DNA of 64,000 nucleotides from NCBI RefSeq assembly GCF_053078305.1, contig NZ_CP166879.1; one strand, 5' to 3'. Shown piece by piece: positions 20,544 to 31,000 of this stretch (position 1 is its first letter; each line of letters starts with the position of its first letter). The notes under the pieces were generated by a model. It saw only the letters and a program-made list of their open reading frames with translations, ran no database searches and was not told where the DNA came from. The position numbers and the translations under genes were made by a program.

Positions 20544-22667
20544 ATGTCCAGGCTGACTGATTTAATAGCTAAAGCGAAGGCCAAAGACCCACAGTTGGGC
20601 GCTGACCTGGATCGAGAAATCAAGATCCTATCATCACGACTTCCCTTTGGTCTTAATTTCGAACGACATAGCCCTGAAGTTGTCGAGTTGCCATTGCGGC
20701 CTATTCGAAAGGGAGACAAGGTTCGCGTTCTGCCGGAGCGTGGCTCCCCTAAGAAAGGCGATCAGCGGCTATGGCAGGTGAAAGCCATCAACAAGGCGAA
20801 AAAAAACGCTGATATCGAATTGCTGGATACAGTTGTTGTCGAGACTCAGACTGTAGCGCTGAACGATCTTGTCGTTATAGCTGAATTTCGTGACACCATC
20901 TGGCCAGGTCTGGTCAGTACGGGAAAAGTACAGCGCGGTGGTGATAAGCCTTTTCACTCGGTCATTAATGGCGAAAACTATCATGTGCTGAAAGCATTGA
21001 CCTACACGCATAGAGGCAAGGTGGATGCCATTTATATCGATCCTCCGTATAACTCGGGAGCTAAAGACTGGAAATACAATAACGATTACGTTGAGAAGGA
21101 CGATTTATATCGCCACAGTAAATGGTTGGCCTTTATGGAACGCCGCTTGTTGGTAGCTAAAGAGTTACTAAATCCTGCCGACTCAGTTCTCATCATCGCT
21201 ATTGATGAGAAAGAATATTTACGACTTGGGCTATTACTCGAACAAGTGTTCCCAGAGGCCAGTATTGAGATGGTAACGTCTGTGGTAAATCCCCGTGGTC
21301 GTCATCGCCCTGGAAGGTTTGCCCGGTCGGACGAATATGTCTTTTTTGTTCTGTTTGGAAAAGCAACAGTTGGACAAGAGTTAGATCCAGACTTTGCCGG
21401 AGGCAGCCAAGTCCCATGGAGGACCCTGAGACGAAGTGACGCTGCGTCGGCACGAGGTAAGCCAAAAGGCGGTACGGCTCAATTTTATCCGATCTACGTA
21501 AACAGCAATGGAGAAATTGAAGAAATAGGTACACCACTACCGCATGGAATTCCACGTAATACAGTCCAAGAGCGTGAAAATTGTGTTGCAGTATTTCCAA
21601 TACGCGACTCAGGACTTGAAATGAACTGGGGATTAACCTCTTCAGCTCTTAAGGCAATCCACGCTAAAGGCTATGTACGCGTTGGTCGCAGCACGCCTAA
21701 TAAGCCACAAAAATGGGAAATATCATATCTGACATCTGGCAAAATAGATGATATAGAGAGCGGGCGTGCAACTATTGTTGGGCATAATTCTGATGGAAGT
21801 GTTAAAGCGGAATACATTGCGGATAAGTTGAAAACGCCAACCTCAACGTGGATGAGAATCTCTCACAATGCAGAAACAGGTGGAACAAATCTGCTGAAAG
21901 CTCTGTTGCCTGATCGCCGATTTCCTTTCCCAAAATCACTGTATGCAGTTGAAGATGCACTCCGTTTTTTTATTTCAGCAAAAAAAAATGCTGTAGTAGT
22001 AGATTTCTTCAGTGGCTCAGGAACAACCGCCCATGCAGTCATGCGTCTGAACAAACAGGATGGTGGTCGCCGCCAGTGCATCTCCATCACGAACAATGAA
22101 GTCGCTGCCAGCGAACAAAAACAGTTGCGTGAACAGGGGTTACGCCCCGGAGATCCCGAATGGGAAAAATGGGGGATCTGTGATTACATCACAAAGCCGC
22201 GTGTACAGGCAGCTATAACAGGCAAGACACCTGAAGGAGAACCGATTGATGGCGACTATAAGTTTATCGACGAGTTCCCAATGTCTAAAGGCTTTGAGGA
22301 AAACGCTGAATTCTTTACCCTGACTTACGAAGCTGAAAAATCGGTTAGCCATAACCTTGCCTATGCGCGCATTGCGCCGTTACTGTGGTTACGTGCGGGT
22401 GCTCGTGGCAAATGTATTGACAGACTGCCTGCTGAAGGATGGGCGGTGGCTGATACTTATGGCCTGCTATCGGCTGTGGATCAGGCCACGCCTTTCATTG
22501 AAGCCATTAGCCATGCCAGTGACGTACGGGTGGCCTTTATCGTCACTGACGATGACCGCCACTTTCAAGCTGTCACGAGGCGTCTGCCAAAAGGTGTTGA
22601 ACCGGTACGTTTGTACGAATCGTATCTGACCAATTTCAGCTTTACCAATGGGGAATGGACAGAATGA
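20544..22667 (+). CDS. mod: Type III restriction-modification DNA methyltransferase (Mod)
   Basis: ORF 20406..22667; AGGA-supported ATG at 20544; N6-adenine MTase motifs IYIDPPYN and FFSGSGTT; stop overlaps res start. Confidence 0.85.
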   Translation: MSRLTDLIAKAKAKDPQLGADLDREIKILSSRLPFGLNFERHSPEVVELPLRPIRKGDKVRVLPERGSPKKGDQRLWQVKAINKAKKNADIELLDTVVVETQTVALNDLVVIAEFRDTIWPGLVSTGKVQRGGDKPFHSVINGENYHVLKALTYTHRGKVDAIYIDPPYNSGAKDWKYNNDYVEKDDLYRHSKWLAFMERRLLVAKELLNPADSVLIIAIDEKEYLRLGLLLEQVFPEASIEMVTSVVNPRGRHRPGRFARSDEYVFFVLFGKATVGQELDPDFAGGSQVPWRTLRRSDAASARGKPKGGTAQFYPIYVNSNGEIEEIGTPLPHGIPRNTVQERENCVAVFPIRDSGLEMNWGLTSSALKAIHAKGYVRVGRSTPNKPQKWEISYLTSGKIDDIESGRATIVGHNSDGSVKAEYIADKLKTPTSTWMRISHNAETGGTNLLKALLPDRRFPFPKSLYAVEDALRFFISAKKNAVVVDFFSGSGTTAHAVMRLNKQDGGRRQCISITNNEVAASEQKQLREQGLRPGDPEWEKWGICDYITKPRVQAAITGKTPEGEPIDGDYKFIDEFPMSKGFEENAEFFTLTYEAEKSVSHNLAYARIAPLLWLRAGARGKCIDRLPAEGWAVADTYGLLSAVDQATPFIEAISHASDVRVAFIVTDDDRHFQAVTRRLPKGVEPVRLYESYLTNFSFTNGEWTE

Positions 22668-25237
22668 AATTTACTCTCAAAGGTTATCAGCGCGATGCTG
22701 TACATGATGCTCTGGCAAATCTCAGGAAGGCTCGCCGTTACTGGCATAACGAGAGCGACAAAAGCGCCTTCTCTTTAACTGCTGTAACCGGTGCAGGTAA
22801 GACCGTCATGGCTGCTGCTGTATTTGAAGCATTATTTCATGGCGACGATGAATTTAATTTCGATGCAGATCCCGGTGCGGTAGTGATCTGGTTTAGTGAC
22901 GACCCTGCACTGAACGAGCAAACCCGCTTTCGCTTGATGGAAGCGAGTGACCGTATCAACTACAACGATATGGTGGTAGTTGAACATCCCTTCAGTCGGC
23001 GTAAGTTCCAGGCCGGAAAAATCTATTTTCTTAACACGCAGAAGTTTGGCAAGAATAGTCTGTTAGTACGCGGATTCGATGATAAAGGCGGGCTTTTCGA
23101 GGCAACCCCTGATGCACAGGCTTATACACTGTGGGATACCATCCAGAATACCATCGAAGACCCAGATCTGACTCTCTATCTAGTACTGGACGAAGCGCAC
23201 AGGGGGATGGGGTCGTCAACGCCTTCCGGTGAAGTTGCTAAGAGTACTATTGTGCAACGTCTAATCAATGGTTCGGCTGGAGTGAAAGGTATTCCAGTAG
23301 TGTGGGGTATTTCTGCCACAGTTGAACGTTTCGACAATGCCATTGCCAATGCCGGTCATCATGTCAAACTGCCGAACGTGGTGGTTGACTCAGCTAAAGT
23401 GCAGGAATCGGGACTTATCAAGGACGATATCATTCTGGGTGTGCCTGATGAAGCTGGTGACTTCGATACAGTGTGGGTACGCCGTGCTGCCGACAAACTC
23501 AGGGAAGCGAGCGATGCCTGGGCTGAGTACGCAAGGCAGCAGGAAACCGTACACGAAGTAGTGCCTCTGATGGTATTCCAGGTTCCCAATATGCCAGATC
23601 CGAACGAGGTCGGACACTGGCTGGATACGTTATTCTCCCGTTATCCTGAATTGCCCATTGACAGTGTTGCTCATGTCTTCGGTGAACACACCACACAACG
23701 TTTCGGCCGACATCAGGTGCCTTATATTGAACCGCAGCGGGTGCAGGAATCAACTTGGGTGCGCGTATTGATTGCTAAAGATGCTATCAGCACTGGCTGG
23801 GATTGCCCACGTGCCGAAGTAATGGTTTCCTTCCGTGCAGCCAGCGACAGGACGCATATTACGCAATTGTTGGGGCGTATGGTACGTACTCCATTGGCGA
23901 GACGTATTCCGGGTAATGAGCGTTTAAACTCTGTAGAATGCCTATTGCCCAAGTTTAATACCAATACCGTGAGAGATGTCGTCAATACCTTGTTTAAGGG
24001 CGATGATACCTCTCCTCCAAGTGGACGCATCCTGGTTAACCCTGTGGAGATGAAACCTAACCCGGCTGCTTCAGCTGAAGTATGGGAAGCATTTGAAGCG
24101 CTACCTTCGCAAACCCGCCCACAGAAAGGAGCCAGACCCGCCAGACGTCTGACCGCGCTGGCACAAGAACTGGTTGATGACGGAATTCTTGATGGGGCAG
24201 TCAGGAAAGCCCATGCTGCGTTGCACGCGGTCTTGGACAAATACCAGACAGAAAATGCCGAGAAAATCAAAAACAAACGCAATGCAGTGCTCGTCGTAGA
24301 TGGTAAGGCCTTGGTTGCCAGCCTAAAGAACAAAGCTATGACCTTCAACGAATTCTGGGAAGAGGCGGATGTAGCGGTGATTGATGACGCATACCGGCGT
24401 GCAGCCCGAATCTTCAGCCCAGATGTTTCACGTACCTATGTCGAATATCTGGCCGATAAGGTTGCGGATAGAGAAGATGATGCTGAGGAATATCTGGAAG
24501 CAATCATGGAAGCTCGTGTGACCGTTGCTGGTTTGGGGCTAGTGATGGAGGTGCAGGATTACTTCGATGCTGAAGCCGATAAACTGACGAAGGCGTGGTT
24601 GGTCGTGTACACACCACAGATCAAGTCTTTGAAAGATGAGCGTAAAGAGGCTTACCGTCAAATCGTCGAAATGAGTACCAAACCGCAGGATGTGGATCTG
24701 GTCAGGCCAGAGAACAAGTTTGAAATGACCAGTGTGCGTGAAGGTGAGAAGGAAACTAACCTTCCAGTCTGGAAACACCATTTGTTGTGTGACAAAAGTG
24801 GGAACTATCCGGCTCAGTTTAACCATTGGGAAACCAAGGTTTTTGAGATCGAAACCAAACGTGAAGGATTTGCTTTCTGGTATCGTAATCCACAGTACAC
24901 AGGGCAATCGTCACTGGGAATCGCCTATGTTGAAGCCGAACAGTACAAAATTGTTCGTCCCGATTTCCTGTTCTTTGCCGAACAGGATGGTAAAATGGTT
25001 GTGGATCTTGTAGATCCTCATGGCCTACATTTGGCTGATGCTTTGCCCAAACTGAAAGGAATTGCTTTATATGCCGAACAGCATTCTGATGCTTACAGGC
25101 GAATTGAATCTGTCGCCGAAGTAAAGGGGAAATTACGAGTGTTAGATTTGAAACGGCAGGATGTACAGGATGCTGTTGCTAACGCTGAAAATGCAGAAAC
25201 GTTATTTAGTAGCGGACTTGCTAATGACTACCTGTAA
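22664..25237 (+). CDS. res: Type III restriction endonuclease (Res) with SF2 helicase motifs
   Basis: ATG 22664 overlaps mod stop (ATGA); Walker A TGAGKT, DEAH box VLDEAH; about 857 aa. Confidence 0.85.
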   Translation: MKFTLKGYQRDAVHDALANLRKARRYWHNESDKSAFSLTAVTGAGKTVMAAAVFEALFHGDDEFNFDADPGAVVIWFSDDPALNEQTRFRLMEASDRINYNDMVVVEHPFSRRKFQAGKIYFLNTQKFGKNSLLVRGFDDKGGLFEATPDAQAYTLWDTIQNTIEDPDLTLYLVLDEAHRGMGSSTPSGEVAKSTIVQRLINGSAGVKGIPVVWGISATVERFDNAIANAGHHVKLPNVVVDSAKVQESGLIKDDIILGVPDEAGDFDTVWVRRAADKLREASDAWAEYARQQETVHEVVPLMVFQVPNMPDPNEVGHWLDTLFSRYPELPIDSVAHVFGEHTTQRFGRHQVPYIEPQRVQESTWVRVLIAKDAISTGWDCPRAEVMVSFRAASDRTHITQLLGRMVRTPLARRIPGNERLNSVECLLPKFNTNTVRDVVNTLFKGDDTSPPSGRILVNPVEMKPNPAASAEVWEAFEALPSQTRPQKGARPARRLTALAQELVDDGILDGAVRKAHAALHAVLDKYQTENAEKIKNKRNAVLVVDGKALVASLKNKAMTFNEFWEEADVAVIDDAYRRAARIFSPDVSRTYVEYLADKVADREDDAEEYLEAIMEARVTVAGLGLVMEVQDYFDAEADKLTKAWLVVYTPQIKSLKDERKEAYRQIVEMSTKPQDVDLVRPENKFEMTSVREGEKETNLPVWKHHLLCDKSGNYPAQFNHWETKVFEIETKREGFAFWYRNPQYTGQSSLGIAYVEAEQYKIVRPDFLFFAEQDGKMVVDLVDPHGLHLADALPKLKGIALYAEQHSDAYRRIESVAEVKGKLRVLDLKRQDVQDAVANAENAETLFSSGLANDYL

Positions 25238-25549
25238 TCTATAGAAATTGCGTAACGAAACTGCATTTCAAATTGGTTGAGACAATCTAACTCTGAGTAT
25301 TGGAGCTTCTCTGTAAGAAGGTCCAATACTTACAAGTCTATTTGGTGACCACAGCCACTATAACTTAAAGCAGTTTAGCAGCTTGTTAACTAAAGAGTTT
25401 TATTGTTTCTTCAACCTGGAATTGCGGAATCCCCTCTTTCGTACAATTAATGATAGGATGTGTCAATATAGTAACTTTTGCAACTTCACCCGAAGTTTTT
25501 TGTAAAATATACTGACCTATTATATGTCACAAAATATGTGATGTGAGGA

Positions 25550-26344
25550 ATGATGAACAGTAACCTGACCAAAATATGTTATCAAGGTGAGACCGGAGAA
25601 AGTGATTTAAGAACGTTGATGCTTGGTGATATTTTATATATCTCATTGCGAGACGTTTTAGTGACACTGAATAAAGAAAATAGAGAAATAAATGCTGATT
25701 ACACAGTAAAATCAATGGCGGGAATAATCAGAGCACAATTACAGGTTCTTGATCCTGACGAGTATATCACGACTGATGCTGAACACAGTGTTTTTGAAGG
25801 TCAAAAAGAGATCTTCGTCACCCAGCCTGGTTTGTATCGAGTCATGTCAAGTGACCGAAGTGCTGCTGGTAAGCGCTTTCAAAAATGGCTATTTCATGAA
25901 GTCATACCATCATTGACTAAACATGGAGTATACCCACCTCCGCCAGAGGCTAAAGGATCAGTTTTAGCTCAAATGGCTGAAATACTTGCACAAAATTCGC
26001 GAGCACTTGCTGACGCAATCCATAAACACGAAAAATTGGCAGAAGATGTCTCACAGGTTAAAGGTAAGGTTGCCGACGTTGAAAGCCGCTTGGAACTGTT
26101 AGAATCAGGTCCTTCCACTATAACTGAAGATATGAAATCCCTTGATGAACGACTTGTTTTCTTGGATATGAGAATGGAGGAAAAGCATTTCACCGAGACA
26201 TTAGCCTGGTGCGAAAATATTTCAGTTCAAAAAAGCAGGAAAGTGATTCGCAAGAATTGTAGAGAGAATTCACTCTTTACTATACAGACTATCGACGAGG
26301 CGATAGCCATCATGACTGAAAGTGGAAAAATAACACAAAATTAA
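25550..26344 (+). CDS. Bro-N domain protein (phage antirepressor-like N-terminus)
   Basis: 264 aa; GLYRVMSSDRSAAGKRFQKWLFHEVIPSLTKHGVY matches the Bro-N C-terminal consensus; coiled-coil-like C-terminal half. Confidence 0.65.
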   Translation: MMNSNLTKICYQGETGESDLRTLMLGDILYISLRDVLVTLNKENREINADYTVKSMAGIIRAQLQVLDPDEYITTDAEHSVFEGQKEIFVTQPGLYRVMSSDRSAAGKRFQKWLFHEVIPSLTKHGVYPPPPEAKGSVLAQMAEILAQNSRALADAIHKHEKLAEDVSQVKGKVADVESRLELLESGPSTITEDMKSLDERLVFLDMRMEEKHFTETLAWCENISVQKSRKVIRKNCRENSLFTIQTIDEAIAIMTESGKITQN

Positions 26345-26499
26345 AGAGTTAGGGGCATGTTATCTGCTGGTTATATTATTGAACGCTGACGTGACACAGG
26401 CTTTTCCGCAAAGAGAAGGCCTATCCAGAGGGTTACTTACGGCTACAACCGAAGTTACGCTCCCTTTTCGTAAATTTTAGTGTCAAGTTTGGTCAGATG

Positions 26500-26543
26500 C
26501 GTATTCCGAACAAACTGCGATCGATTCAGGTGCCATTTTGCAA
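26500..26543 (+). repeat. Left copy of an imperfect ~40-nt direct repeat flanking the cdi module
   Basis: gcgtattccgaacaaactgcgatcgattcaggtgccattttgca; matches 39875..39914 except 3 substitutions and a 4-nt indel. Confidence 0.6.
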
Positions 26544-26685
26544 CAACTACTGAGTTTGCCCAACCAACTCAGATAAAATGTCAGCAACGTTATTAAAGGA
26601 TATTTACCAGGGCAAAGAAATCGTCGTAAAATTATTCAACAAATAATTTTACTGTACTTGCTCAATTTGCAGAAGGAAAATCAGG

Positions 26686-27003
26686 ATGACCAAACCATCA
26701 ACTATAGCCGGAACAGCAGGCGCTTTGGCAACTGCCGGTACTGCAGCCTCAACAGCATCAACCGTTGCAGGTGCATCAGCTGCAACAATTATGTCAGCGA
26801 CAGCAGGAACAACAGGAGCAGCTCTGGCTTCCGTTGCAGGCGCATCCGGTACAGCAGGCGCAGCAGCAATTTCATCAGGTATGGCAGCGATTGGTTCCAC
26901 TGTTGGTGGTGGGATGGCTGCCGGTGCGGTAATTACTGCAGCAGCGCCTGTTGCGATTAGTGCAGCCGTCATTTATGGGCTGGTTAAAATATTCAAAGAT
27001 TAA
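26686..27003 (+). CDS. Ala/Gly/Thr-rich small hydrophobic protein (uncertain coding status)
   Basis: 105-aa ORF with AGGA 8 nt upstream; low-complexity A/G/T-rich with hydrophobic C-terminal tail; ORFs also open in other frames, so it may be spurious. Confidence 0.3.
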   Translation: MTKPSTIAGTAGALATAGTAASTASTVAGASAATIMSATAGTTGAALASVAGASGTAGAAAISSGMAAIGSTVGGGMAAGAVITAAAPVAISAAVIYGLVKIFKD

Positions 27004-27610
27004 TTGCAGGGGCTTCGTACAGAAACCAGTCGCACCTCCTGACGGTTCCGAAAGCTCGACTGGCAGAGTTGCTGCCTCTTGAGGGATTTACCTTCTCCGG
27101 GTGAGTGATATCTGCCGTCAGGTGTTCGTGCAGCGGGCCATAACCTGCAGTCGGGAGTTGAACGCCTGACGACAGGAAATCAGCCAGGCCAGTCACCACG
27201 CAGGCTGACAACAGGTCAGAACCTGAATCAGCCGGCAGCCATTCCCGTGGTCAGTACTTCGCGGCCTGACACGATCACCAGACTCAGTCCTTCAGAACCA
27301 GACTCCAGTACCTGCCTGGCGGTCGCCCCGGCGCAACAGAATAAATCAACCATCGTCAGACGGCGATCGTTTATATGCCAACGACGTGCCCGAAAAATGC
27401 GTCAATATGAGTTCCCCGGATGCTTACGTTGGTTGCAAAAAATGTAATTTACAATGTGTGTGGATAATTTTAATAGTTTGATTAATATCGTGCGTTAGTT
27501 AAATCAATAACGGGCTAACTACTGTAAAGAGGTTAGTCCGTGTTTTTATTGTAAGCATGACTATTTTTTATTTATTTGTATTAGTCGCGACTTGCTCTGA
27601 CGTATGACTT

Positions 27611-28021
27611 TTAAAGACTATCGTCGTAGGGTGCTTCAGTCAGAATCTTTTGAATTTCATGTCGTGCTTTTAGCTCCCATGAAAGATTCATATTTGCCAT
27701 TAACTCAATAAATTTTGGAAACGCGATACGTCGTCCATCTCTGCCTTCCACCCTGTGTTCTAACTCATATTGAAATGCTATCTTATAAGCGAGTTCTGAC
27801 ATGATCCAATAAAGTAGCTCATCTAGCGAACTAGTTACCTTCCGCGAGAATTCATAACCTCTTTCTGAATGAATGTAATTATATACATTGTTTTCAAATG
27901 TAACATATGGTGTGCCATCACCAATTGGAGCAGAACAAAGATTAACTGAATATCTTGAGAGACCAGCTTTCAAAGTCAATGCGTCAATTTTTTTTTGTAT
28001 TTCATTGATATTCAACAACAT
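27611..28021 (-). CDS. cdiI: CdiI immunity protein cognate to the CdiA C-terminal toxin
   Basis: ATG at 28021 is 1 nt after the cdiA TAA stop (TAACATG), RBS-like GAGG upstream; 136 aa; alternative longer start at 28048. Called on position. Confidence 0.65.
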   Translation of the reverse strand: MLLNINEIQKKIDALTLKAGLSRYSVNLCSAPIGDGTPYVTFENNVYNYIHSERGYEFSRKVTSSLDELLYWIMSELAYKIAFQYELEHRVEGRDGRRIAFPKFIELMANMNLSWELKARHEIQKILTEAPYDDSL

Positions 28022-28022
28022 G

Positions 28023-31000
28023 TTAGCGAACCTCACGAATATATCCATTCTTTAATAGCCATTCCACATTCACTCGTTCTTGCATATTAGGTAATATTTG
28101 AATCCCCCCTCCAGGCTCACCAAAAGCGGGGGCAATCTTTCCTTGTATAGCAGGCAATGGTTTTATTACCTCATATTCATAGTATTTTTCAGCTTTAGTT
28201 CCTGGCGCTAGAGCTCGTTGTTCGTAAGGAGTACCTTTAGGAGCAAGGAAAGAGCCAGTAGGCTCACCATATCTATCTAGGCGTGTGCCTACCGGAATTA
28301 TAGTTTTGATTGGATCACCTTCAAACCCCAAATTCTTGGGCCAATCCCACCCACCATTAGCATTCTTGAATTTGTCGTAGTAAGAATAGCCTCCGGCTTC
28401 AGCATCTGTAATTGCACTTGAAGAGTTAGGGTTTTTAGATACGCTTTCTTTAACGATACCTTGGCCTAATACACTGATTTTATTAGCTGCCGCAGCACCT
28501 AACACTGGCGTCATTGATGCCGCTACAGTCTTCATCCCGTCATAGGTTTCGACGTAGCTTTCAGCCGTCGCTTTATCCACACCGAACTGCGTCATAGCAT
28601 AGTTTACCATTGCATCTTTCACCTGCTGCTGATTTTGTGCATCAACACTGGTGATATTCAGCAGGTTTACTATCTGCCCGTAAGCATCCGGATACATATC
28701 GCTGACTTGGTTATTGTAGTTTCCGGTTTCATAACCTCCTTTAGCAGCAATAACCCTCAGTCTTTCACCGGCACAAGCCACGCTGGCTGCCTGTCCATTA
28801 CTGCATGCAGCGATTACCGCCTTATCACTGCTGATATCTTTTTCAAGCAATGCATCATATTTCTGCTGCGCCTTTTCGCGCTCTGCCGGATCTTTACTGT
28901 TTTTAAGCGTCTGTTTTGCTATCTCAAGCTCTGTCTTTTCAGACACGCTAAGATAATTATTCTCAACCGAGTTCCTGCCTGCCTGTGCCCCCGTACCGGC
29001 AGCACTTGTACTGTTGCCGGCAAGCCCGCCCGCAATACCCGAGGCAATGGTGGCCAGCATGCTGATTTGCTGACGTTCCTGTTCACTCAGGCTATCGGTA
29101 CGACCACCATAGTAGTTATCAATGATATACCGGGCTGCAAGTTCACCGCTGAATGCCCCTGCAGCACCGGAAGCCGCATTGTTTCCGCCCAGTTGTGCGG
29201 CAAGCGCTCCCCAGACTGCGTGAGCCATCAGGTTTGCTTCCCGGTTATCGCCTGTGGCCTGTTTTATAAGCTGTGCCACTGCCGGATTCAGACCGCCAGC
29301 CAGTACCTGCCCCGGATTCCCTGCATTCAGTCCGCCCAGCACGCCCGTGATGGCCTGTACCACCATCTGCGGCGTACTGCCCGTACCGTAGCCTTTCATG
29401 ACCTCTCTGTATTCCGGGGTCTCCCGCAACTGTGCATCGCTCATGCCAGGATGCTCTTTCCTGGCTGCTTTCATCGCTTCAGTTTCGCCATACGTCATGA
29501 CGATGTTACTCATCTGACCGCTAATCTGGCTGATAACCTGCGCTTCCTGCAGACGCTTCTGCTCTTTCTCCCTGTCAAATATCGGTGCAATGCTGCCGTT
29601 GGCGTTTTCCGGGTCCCGGCTGAGCCCGGCAATATCCTGCTTCTGACTCTCATTATCACGGATAATGAGATTTCCGCCGCTGATGGCGGATGACGTGGTA
29701 CCTTCAGCATGTCCACTGCTGCCGGACATACCGGTAAGTGCGTTCGCCGCACCGGCTATTGCATTTGAGGCCACCATCTGGCTGGCTGACATCCCTGAGC
29801 CACCCGATAAACTGATTCCGGTATGGCTGGCTTTATAGTCTGCCTGGTTATGGATATCCGACCAGCCCAGCGTGTTGGTATTGAGGCTGTTTTTGTCATC
29901 CGTTGCCGTGGACGCAATTACCGCACCATTGAGCTGAGTGTGATTCCCAACAGTGACATCAAACCCGTCTTTTCCGGCGTAGATACCACTCTGTTCCCGG
30001 ACAGAATCGTAATTGCTTTTAATTTTGTCCTGACTGATGCTGGCATAGCCGCTGCCGGACATTGAGCCAAACGTGAAGCTTCCACCTGCAGCCACGCTGT
30101 TCTGTCTGCTGTCGTAACGGTCGCTGTCCTGAAGGCTCGAAATGGTCAGGTTATTCCCCACATCCGCTGTGACTTTCTCACCACTGACCTGAGCCCCCGA
30201 CAGGGTGGTATCATGTCCGCTTGTGAGGGAGACATTTTTACCCGCATCCAGCATGGTTTCGGTCCAGGTCGTGCCGTTGCCTTTCTCCCTGCCCTCTGAA
30301 CCATTGATACCGGCGAAGATACTGAGGCCTCCGCCATTGGTTCCACCACCAAAGCTGACGCCCACGCCGCCACCTTTGCTGCTGTTCTTCCCGGTTGTCT
30401 GTCGGGTGTCAGCGGCGGCAGCCAGCAGAATATCGTTCTGTGCATTCAGGCTGGTGTCATTGCCGGACTTAATCTGGCTCCCGGTAATGAGAATATCGCC
30501 GCTGTTGTTATGGTCCTTATTTTTCCCCGTGGCAGTGACGGAGACATTGTTACCGGCGCTGAGGGTTGAGCCGGAGACGATATCGTGCTGATATTTCGTC
30601 TCAGACTTCGACTGCTGATGGTTGAGCGAAATGCTCACGCCGATACCATTATTCGGGTCAGCACTCTGTTGCTGCAATCCGTGGTTAACACTGGCCTGTA
30701 CACCGGACAGAACCGCCTGTGTTCCTTTCAGTGCCGCCAGACGGCTGTCGCTGGTTTCTTTCGCCTCCCGGGCCATGGTGGCAGCATTATTGATGGCACT
30801 GCCCACCGTGCCGGAAAGGGCAACCGTCAGCCCGCTTTTCTTCTGCTCAAATTTTTCGTCCACAGTACGACGGTCATGCCCCGGGTCAACCACCACACTG
30901 TCACCGGTAATGCTGATATCACGGTTCGCAATCACATCCGAACCGCTGATATGAGCCTGTTTGCCCGCGGTAATACTGACATTACCGGCAGTGGAGCCGA

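Noticed and set aside
26649-26972. Minus-strand 107-aa Ala/Pro-rich ORF
   Set aside because: Antisense to the Ala/Gly-rich plus ORF and lacks an RBS; if anything is coding here the plus frame is better supported.
27010-27450. GC-rich block with short ORFs (26993..27211 minus, 27247..27447 plus) between the Ala-rich ORF and cdiI
   Set aside because: Fragments too short and without start context or recognisable domains; probably decayed gene remnants. Not called.
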